This document shows, one piece after another, positions 26,259 to 32,000 of a stretch of DNA of 32,000 nucleotides. Below the pieces are notes generated by a model, which did not search any database, had not been told where the DNA came from, and saw only the letters and a list, made by a program, of their open reading frames with translations. Origin of the DNA: Acaryochloris marina MBIC11017 (GTDB lineage Bacteria; Cyanobacteriota; Cyanobacteriia; Thermosynechococcales; Thermosynechococcaceae); assembly GCF_000018105.1 (NCBI RefSeq), contig NC_009925.1, forward strand, positions 630,001-662,000, read 5' to 3'. Each line of letters opens with the position of its first letter. The first letter of the stretch is position 1. Both the position numbers and the translations under genes were made by a program.

Positions 26259-26654
26259 CTAGGGACAACACAAGAGTTTTTGGCGCTGATATAAACCAAA
26301 GATCGCCTCAAAAAGACGGGAAAGCGCAATTCTGAGAGAAATTGGCAACAGATTGAAGTCCTGTGTGAGCAGACGATAGACCAACCAACCCAGAGGACGT
26401 TGGTCTCGACTTGACTTCGAAAAACTTACAAAATTTGAGAGTTGATGAATAGCGCTATCGTACTGGAGAGGAGAAGGTTTGGACCGAAAAGATTGCCGCC
26501 ATATGCTGAAACGCCTATAGCGCAGTCCTTTTTCTGCACACCAGAGTGAATGTAAAGGAATGAAAAGTGTTACGGTAAAATGCAGCCTGTTGGCTGGTGT
26601 TGTATTGAATTGATCTGCCATGTTCCTTGTTTTCTTTCTTGTCAGTACAATCAC
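26259..26654 (-). CDS. Hypothetical basic protein (doubtful ORF)
   Basis: 131-aa ORF (120 aa from ATG at 26621). It is rich in R/S/L/F, I recognised no motif, and its start region collides with the divergent BON-like ORF. Confidence 0.3.
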   Translation of the reverse strand: MIVLTRKKTRNMADQFNTTPANRLHFTVTLFIPLHSLWCAEKGLRYRRFSIWRQSFRSKPSPLQYDSAIHQLSNFVSFSKSSRDQRPLGWLVYRLLTQDFNLLPISLRIALSRLFEAIFGLYQRQKLLCCP

Positions 26655-26664
26655 TGTCCTGCTG

Positions 26665-27117
26665 ATGAAACTTCCTTTTTTGAAGTCTCAACGATTTCTG
26701 AGTTCAGCCTTGGCTGCCTGCCTAGTGGGTATACTCTTGTTTGGTAATAGTGTGGCCGCTCTAACCCTTAACCTGCCTCAATTGGCTGCAATGGGAGCGT
26801 CCGATAGCGCCTTAGATCAGCGGCAACGAGTCATTGATGAAGATCTGAAAATTGACCCCACCAAATTGCGCTACCGTGGCTTGGAATATGTCCAGTTCCA
26901 ACCAGAAGCGGAACGGCTCACTGATCCAGAAATTAAATCTTTAATCAAATCAGACATCAACCCAGAGGTCTTTGCCGCAGTAGCGAGTGGTTCAGTCCAA
27001 ATTTTTGGCAATGTCCAAGATATTGATATTGCTCGTGATATTGTCACTCAAATCAAAGATATTCCCGGTGTTAGAGAAGTCATGTTTGATATTGGTTTGG
27101 AAGTCAAAGCCGAGTAA
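26665..27117 (+). CDS. Secreted BON-like domain protein (hypothetical)
   Basis: The track ORF is 26620..27117. ATG at 26665 gives a canonical signal peptide (MKLPFLKSQRFLSSALAACLVGILLFGNSVAA). The C-terminal VQIFGNVQDIDIARDIVTQIKDIPGVREV resembles a BON domain. Confidence 0.5.
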   Translation: MKLPFLKSQRFLSSALAACLVGILLFGNSVAALTLNLPQLAAMGASDSALDQRQRVIDEDLKIDPTKLRYRGLEYVQFQPEAERLTDPEIKSLIKSDINPEVFAAVASGSVQIFGNVQDIDIARDIVTQIKDIPGVREVMFDIGLEVKAE

Positions 27118-27142
27118 CGGGCTCTAGACCATCCCTCCCTCT

Positions 27143-27952
27143 CTAGGGCAAGGTCAACTGAGCAGATGCATTAAAAAACTGACGATACACTCCCTTCGCC
27201 ACCAGTAAGGTGGTCACTAAGGTGGCGAAAGCCAACATAAACATAATTAATATTTGGTATGAGGCTGCTTCTTGAGGGTTAACACCGCTAAGCAGCTGTC
27301 CCGTAATAATGCCGGGTAGCTTAACCAGACCCACCACCATCATGGCATTGATGGTGGGGATGAGTCCGGCCCGAATGGCATCGCGACGATATTGGGCAAT
27401 CGCTTGCTGGGGAGAGGCCCCTAGGCAAAGGTGGGTCTCGATTTCATTACGATTCGCTTTTAAGCTTTTGACGAGACGTTCCCCTGCGATCGCAGCACCA
27501 TTCATCGCGTTTCCCATCACTATCCCCGCTAAGGGAATGAGATATTGCGGATCAAACCAATTCTCTGGTTGCAGGATAAAAAGGGTCGTGTAGCTCAGAG
27601 TCAAAACCGTACTGATAAAAATTGAGCCCCATAGCCAGGGGATAAGGTGGGGAATATCTTTGCCAATGCGGTTGCGAGATTCAATGCTGGCTACGGTCAA
27701 CATGCCTGCTACCAGGGCTAAAACAGCTCCTGGATGTTTCCAGTCAAAAATAAACCACAAGACATAGCCCATAATCATGAGCTGTAAAATTGTTCGACCC
27801 ATGGCTAAAAATAAGCTCCAGGTCAGGTCAAGTTGCTGCCAAACCGAGAGACCAATGGCGATCGCCATTAAGCCTAATGCCCAAGCTAGGTCAATGGGTT
27901 GAAGTACGATTAAGGCCAAGAGGGATTGAGGAATTGAGAGGTTCTGCAACAC
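27143..27952 (-). CDS. fetB: FetB/YbbM-family (UPF0014) ABC-type iron-export permease
   Basis: 269 aa. GRTILQLMIMGYVL, IPLAGIVMGNAMN and LGASPQQA....R.AIRAGLIPTIN.M..VGLV.LPG...GQ align well with my recollection of E. coli FetB. No fetA ATPase gene is adjacent. Confidence 0.85.
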   Translation of the reverse strand: MLQNLSIPQSLLALIVLQPIDLAWALGLMAIAIGLSVWQQLDLTWSLFLAMGRTILQLMIMGYVLWFIFDWKHPGAVLALVAGMLTVASIESRNRIGKDIPHLIPWLWGSIFISTVLTLSYTTLFILQPENWFDPQYLIPLAGIVMGNAMNGAAIAGERLVKSLKANRNEIETHLCLGASPQQAIAQYRRDAIRAGLIPTINAMMVVGLVKLPGIITGQLLSGVNPQEAASYQILIMFMLAFATLVTTLLVAKGVYRQFFNASAQLTLP

Positions 27953-28201
27953 TAGATGCTTCGTTCCATCAGTTCAGTCTCTATTGTATGAAAGCAAACT
28001 TGCTGGACTGACTACAGGTCAGACTCTTTGTCATTTGCCTCTTTGGGTTCACCAAAAGCGGACAAGACCCTGCAAACGCTGTTCTTTTGCCCAAATGTGG
28101 AAGAAACAGCGGGTTTGGCGATAAGACCCCATACATTTTGGGCAGACATCCTTGTCATTTTAATGCAGCTATTGATGTTGAGCAGCCTGACTGCATTAAG
28201 A

Positions 28202-31200
28202 TCAACTGGCCGTAGAGACTAACCCACTGTGGATTGATGCTAAAGTCTCGAAGATGCCGTCTATGATGGTTTCCTGCCCTTGAAATAACTCATCGGGACC
28301 GCCTGCATGAAGGTTGCTGAAGGGTGGTTCGTAAAGGGCAGAAGCTTCTACGATGCCTTGTGCAGTGAGCTGATCGATCACCATTTCAATAAAGCGGATC
28401 TGTGGGGGTGTAAGGCTGCGGTCATTTAAAAAATGAGAAAAGGCAGCTTGAGCAGTCTTGCGATCCATTCCCACGAGGCTGCGGATGAAATGAGCGAGGG
28501 ATGGAGCATTACTGCGCGTTAATAAATTGGAGAGGAGCGTTTCGCCTTCGTCTGCGCCGATCTCGGCTAAAGCGGCCTCTAGTCCTTGCAGATCGGTATC
28601 AGTCAGGGGTTTGTTGGTCCGTAACCGCTGAATGACAAGGTAATCTTGATGGTTGCGCAGATAGGCTTTGACTTTTTTCTCGTACTGCACGCCGGTCATT
28701 TTGGGCATGTAGACCACGTCTTGTTCTCGCACCCTGATGATTTCGTCTTGGAAGTCGGTGTAAACAATCTTGCGTTTTTTCTTGTCGAGAAATGGGGTTA
28801 ACCCTCGCAGGCGCAGGCGCAACTCTTCGAGGTCGTTCAGGTCGATGGCTTCCCAGAAACTAGCTTCTTGTATACGGTTAAGGTATTCGAGCTGGGCAGC
28901 GACAGCGGGGATTGTGGTTTTCTCTTCGATGAGCAGGGCCATCTCTACCACGCGCTGACGATGGCGTTCGAAGGTGGCGGCGTCTCCCTCGGTCTGGGCA
29001 AGCTGCATGCGCAATAGTTTGAGGTCAAATAGCCGCGATTCGATATCGTCGATTTCTAGGTCATTGGGCAGACCAGCGATTTCTTGGGTGAGCACCTCCC
29101 GATCGCTGTCGTTTATTTGGTCCCAGGTCTGGCGCTGTTGGAACTTTTCTACGGCTTCTAGGTGCATGCGCACCATGAAATTCTCGGGGTTCATGGCGGC
29201 CACTTCGCCATATAGCTGATCTGTAAGGGAGCCTTTGAGGGCGATATCTGGATCTAGTTCAGGATTCGCATTAACGTAGCCCAGCAACTGCACACGAGCG
29301 CGGAAGAGTCGGGTACTGAGGGGAGCGCTGCCGCTGCTGGTGATACCCTCTGGCTGTTCGCGGAAGAAGTCGAAGTTAAAGCAAAAGTCGAAGATGCGAA
29401 AGTCTTGTTTGTCTTGATCAGGACCAAAGAGATGCTCGCAAAGGCGGGTGCCGCGACCGATCATTTGCCAGAATTTGATTTTGGAATAGACGGGCTTGAA
29501 GAACACCAGGTTAGCGACCTCGGGCACGTCAATGCCGGTGTCGAGCATATCTACGGAGATAGCGATGTGGGGGGCTTTGTCTTTGATGGAGAAATCGTCG
29601 ATCAGGCTTTGGGGATATTTTGCATAGTTGTCGATGATGCGGGCAAAATGTCCGGCATGGTGAGGATAGTGGTGATTAAACCGTTCCTCGATAAACTTTG
29701 CGTGGTCGTGATTACGGGCAAAGATGATGGTTTTGGCGAGTCTGTCGCCTCCTTCGACTTTGTGACCGTGCTCCATTAGGTATTTGAGCACTTTATCAAC
29801 AGTGTCTTTGTTAAAGAGCCAACTGTTGACGGCGGCGGCATTGACCCGGTCAGGTAGGGTGCCTGATGAGTCGGCATCATCACCCCAGTCGAGGCTTTCC
29901 CACTGGGCTTTTTCGTCGTCGCTGAGGGTGTCGTAGTCAATGCCTTCGCGGGGAAAGCGCAGATCTACCTGTTCCACGCGGGGGGGCACCAGGAAGCCAT
30001 CAGCGACGGCAGTTTCGAGTTCATAGGCATCGGTGGGGACACCGGGTTCTAGGTCGAAGAGGTCGTAGGTGTTTTTGTCGATTTCTTCGCGAGGGGTGGC
30101 AGTGAGGCCCACGAGCAGCGAGTCAAAGTGTTGGAAGATAGCTCGGTATTTTTGGTAGACGGAGCGGTGGGCTTCGTCGATGATGACGAGATCAAAGTGG
30201 CCGACGCCAAATCGGGCTTTATGATCCTCTGTTTGGTCTATCAGACCCATCATGGTGGGATAGGTGCAGACGTAGACCCGGCCATCGGTATCTTTTTCGG
30301 TGACGAGGTTGACGGGGCTGGAGTCGGGCAGATTTTTTTTGAAAGAACTGGCGGCTTGTTTAACGAGGGACACGCGGTCGGCGAGAAAAAGGGCGCGTTT
30401 GACCCAGCCTGCCCGTTGAAGAACATCGACTAGGGCGATGGCGGTGCGGGTTTTGCCGGTGCCGGTGGCCATCACTAACAGCGCTTTGCGGCGAGCCTGG
30501 GTAAACTGCTCGAAAATACTGCCAATGGCCCGCTTTTGGTAGTAGCGGTCGACAATTTCATCTTTGATCTGGGCCGTGTCTAAACTCTGACGCTGGGTAC
30601 GGCGGCGGATAAGGCGGGTCAGTTCGTCTTTTTTGTAAAATCCGACGACTTGGTGAGCAGGGTAGACGGTGTCGTCCCACAGCCAGGTGGTATAGCCATT
30701 GGTGTAAAAGATCAGAGGCCGCTGGTTATGCATGGCTTCTAGGCAGTCGGCGTAGAGTTTGGCCTGCTGCTGGCCAATAGCGGGGTTGACGGTGGATTTT
30801 TTGGCTTCGACGACGGCGAGGGGGTTGCCATCGTCGCCCCAGAGAACGTAGTCGGCATAGCCAGTGCCGGTGTGAGTCCCTTTAGAGGTGGGCATGCCGG
30901 TGACTTGGTATTCTCGATCGCGTTTTTGGTCGAGGGGCCATCCGGCGCGTTTCAGGTCGAGGTCGATGAGGTAGTGGCGGGTTTCGGCTTCAGTGTAGTC
31001 GTGGGGGTCGGGTTGCTGTTCGTTGGCGGCGCGGATTTCGGCGAGCTGCTGCTGTAGGGCTTGGAGTTCGGTGTCGAGTTTGTCGCGTTCTTGCTGCTGT
31101 TTGAGGGTGGCTTCATGCTGTTTGGCCAGTTTCTCTTCTAGCGTTGCTAATTCCTGGCGGGGGACAACCTGGGTGCTGTCTATCGGGGTGGGGACGCGGT

Positions 31201-31621
31201 CGTCATTCCAAGCTGCACCATTGCGGGGTGCGTCGGGGGTGTAGGTGCGGGTGAGCCAGTAACAAATGTGGTGGAGTTCTTTGACGGCTTGGAGGGCGTC
31301 TTTTTGGTGAATGGGGCGGGGGTTATGGACGGCGTCGTTGCCGATATTTTTGATCAGCTTAGCTTTATGAAAAAGGACCTGGGGGACGAGGTTTTGAAAG
31401 GATGGCTCGTGAAGGAGGGCGCTGAGTTTGTTGTCGTAGGGCATGTGCAGCGATCGCTCATGGCGATAGAGCCAGTGAACGAGGGCTTCGAGGGCGAAGC
31501 GGGAATGGAAGCAGGCGGTGCGCGGGTCGCTGTTGATGTAGCCTTCGGCTCGGGTGGCGGATTCGGCGATGGTGCGGAATTGGCTGGGGAGGAAGGCGAA
31601 GTTAGTCATGCAGTCAGACAA
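28202..31621 (-). CDS. hsdR: Type I restriction enzyme R subunit-like protein (EcoEI-like HsdR) with an N-terminal DUF4145-like domain and coiled coil
   Basis: 1139 aa.
- The N-terminus NFAFLP....I...A..AE.....DPR.ACF..R.ALE..V.W.Y resembles DUF4145.
- A coiled coil follows (LEEKLAKQHEATLKQQQERDKLDTELQALQQQLAEI).
- The HsdR_N PD-(D/E)xK nuclease region is present (ETRHYLID..L..AGW ... ADYVLWGDDG.PLAVVEAKK).
- SF2 helicase motifs are I MATGTGKT, II IIDEAH and III GLTATP.
- The C-terminal region resembles the EcoEI R C-terminal domain.
The start may instead be the second Met at 31609. Confidence 0.88.
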   Translation of the reverse strand: MSDCMTNFAFLPSQFRTIAESATRAEGYINSDPRTACFHSRFALEALVHWLYRHERSLHMPYDNKLSALLHEPSFQNLVPQVLFHKAKLIKNIGNDAVHNPRPIHQKDALQAVKELHHICYWLTRTYTPDAPRNGAAWNDDRVPTPIDSTQVVPRQELATLEEKLAKQHEATLKQQQERDKLDTELQALQQQLAEIRAANEQQPDPHDYTEAETRHYLIDLDLKRAGWPLDQKRDREYQVTGMPTSKGTHTGTGYADYVLWGDDGNPLAVVEAKKSTVNPAIGQQQAKLYADCLEAMHNQRPLIFYTNGYTTWLWDDTVYPAHQVVGFYKKDELTRLIRRRTQRQSLDTAQIKDEIVDRYYQKRAIGSIFEQFTQARRKALLVMATGTGKTRTAIALVDVLQRAGWVKRALFLADRVSLVKQAASSFKKNLPDSSPVNLVTEKDTDGRVYVCTYPTMMGLIDQTEDHKARFGVGHFDLVIIDEAHRSVYQKYRAIFQHFDSLLVGLTATPREEIDKNTYDLFDLEPGVPTDAYELETAVADGFLVPPRVEQVDLRFPREGIDYDTLSDDEKAQWESLDWGDDADSSGTLPDRVNAAAVNSWLFNKDTVDKVLKYLMEHGHKVEGGDRLAKTIIFARNHDHAKFIEERFNHHYPHHAGHFARIIDNYAKYPQSLIDDFSIKDKAPHIAISVDMLDTGIDVPEVANLVFFKPVYSKIKFWQMIGRGTRLCEHLFGPDQDKQDFRIFDFCFNFDFFREQPEGITSSGSAPLSTRLFRARVQLLGYVNANPELDPDIALKGSLTDQLYGEVAAMNPENFMVRMHLEAVEKFQQRQTWDQINDSDREVLTQEIAGLPNDLEIDDIESRLFDLKLLRMQLAQTEGDAATFERHRQRVVEMALLIEEKTTIPAVAAQLEYLNRIQEASFWEAIDLNDLEELRLRLRGLTPFLDKKKRKIVYTDFQDEIIRVREQDVVYMPKMTGVQYEKKVKAYLRNHQDYLVIQRLRTNKPLTDTDLQGLEAALAEIGADEGETLLSNLLTRSNAPSLAHFIRSLVGMDRKTAQAAFSHFLNDRSLTPPQIRFIEMVIDQLTAQGIVEASALYEPPFSNLHAGGPDELFQGQETIIDGIFETLASIHSGLVSTAS

Positions 31622-31707
31622 ACAATAATTTTGGGTTTGCGGAGTAAAAAATAGGCGATTTTTTGATTGAAAAGATTATGGTAGAGATATCAGCAAATCT
31701 GTTGTGT

Positions 31708-32000
31708 ATGCGTGAAACTGTCTATATTGAGACCAGTATATTAGGCTATCTCACGGCTCGGCGGAGCAGGGATATTATTGTGATGGCTAATATTGAAATC
31801 ACGCGAGAGTGGTGGGATGCCCGTCGTCCTGACTTTCAACTTTATTCTTCCCAAGCCGTTGTGCAAGAGACCACCCAGGGAGATGCTGAAATTGCAGCTC
31901 AACGATTAGACATTTTGAGTGATATTTCTCTGCTGGACTTGGACCAAGCTGTCCTTGAGTTGGCGACGGCATTTTTGGAGCGTAGCAACTTGCCTGCTAA
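31708..32000 (+). CDS. PIN-like (VapC-like) domain protein, 5' part only (runs off the window)
   Basis: This frame is open from ATG at 31708 to the window end and is not in the ORF track because it is truncated. It reads MRETVYIETSILGYLTARRSRDIIVMANIEITREWWDARRPDFQLYSSQAVVQETTQGD... This resembles an N-terminal pattern I recall from cyanobacterial PIN-domain proteins. The first acidic residue is Glu, not Asp. Confidence 0.45.
   Translation, partial: MRETVYIETSILGYLTARRSRDIIVMANIEITREWWDARRPDFQLYSSQAVVQETTQGDAEIAAQRLDILSDISLLDLDQAVLELATAFLERSNLPA

Noticed and set aside
28770-31654. About ten + strand ORFs of 61-128 aa (for example 28974..29219, 29405..29779, 30128..30433, 31268..31654) inside the HsdR-like gene
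   Set aside because: All are antisense to a 1139-aa ORF with a full motif complement. Their Gly/Val/Ala/Arg-rich, low-complexity translations are what is expected from the G+T-rich antisense strand of a GC-rich gene.
1-32000. Search for CRISPR arrays, rRNA genes, long tandem repeats, and further tRNAs
   Set aside because: I saw no regularly spaced direct repeats, no rRNA-like sequence, and no cloverleaf candidate other than 8687..8768 in the intergenic regions. This was a visual scan only, so tRNAscan-SE, CRISPR detection tools and Infernal should confirm it.

Overview
This window looks like a cyanobacterial chromosome segment. Hand GC counts on single 60-nt lines in ordinary genes give about 48-52%. 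I found 17 copies of the HIP1 palindrome GCGATCGC, the carboxysome shell paralogs ccmK3/ccmK4, and a DevBCA-type exporter.

Most of the window is ordinary:
- an O-antigen-ligase-like gene divergent from a glycosidase-like gene
- a HlyD/MacB-type tripartite ABC exporter
- nei, tRNA-Leu(UAG), and a tightly packed plsX-fabH-EamA string
- ccmK3-ccmK4
- an osmoprotectant-type ABC ATPase and its matching permease, separated by about 8 kb
- a J-domain/TPR membrane protein next to a site-2-protease/TPR fusion
- a BON-like protein and fetB

Accessory or unusual content sits in three places:
1. 14.2-21.9 kb. A minus-strand SNF2 helicase and SWIM zinc-finger pair is split by three things: an apocarotenoid oxygenase, a Uma2 PD-(D/E)xK nuclease whose stop overlaps the SWIM start by 8 nt, and a roughly 1.5 kb very AT-rich islet. 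The islet carries an orphan trypsin-like serine protease with no signal peptide. This block lies inside an 8.9 kb stretch with no HIP1 and between the two halves of the ABC transporter. It is my best candidate for an undescribed helicase/nuclease(/protease) conflict module.
2. 28.2-32.0 kb. A GC-rich EcoEI-like HsdR subunit has a DUF4145-like head. No hsdM or hsdS is in view, and it is divergent from a PIN-like gene that runs off the window.
3. 7.7-8.7 kb. An AT-rich segment encodes a secreted ORF of unknown function just 5' of tRNA-Leu.

I saw no CRISPR array, rRNA, transposase or integrase. All domain calls come from motif recognition by eye, not from searches.
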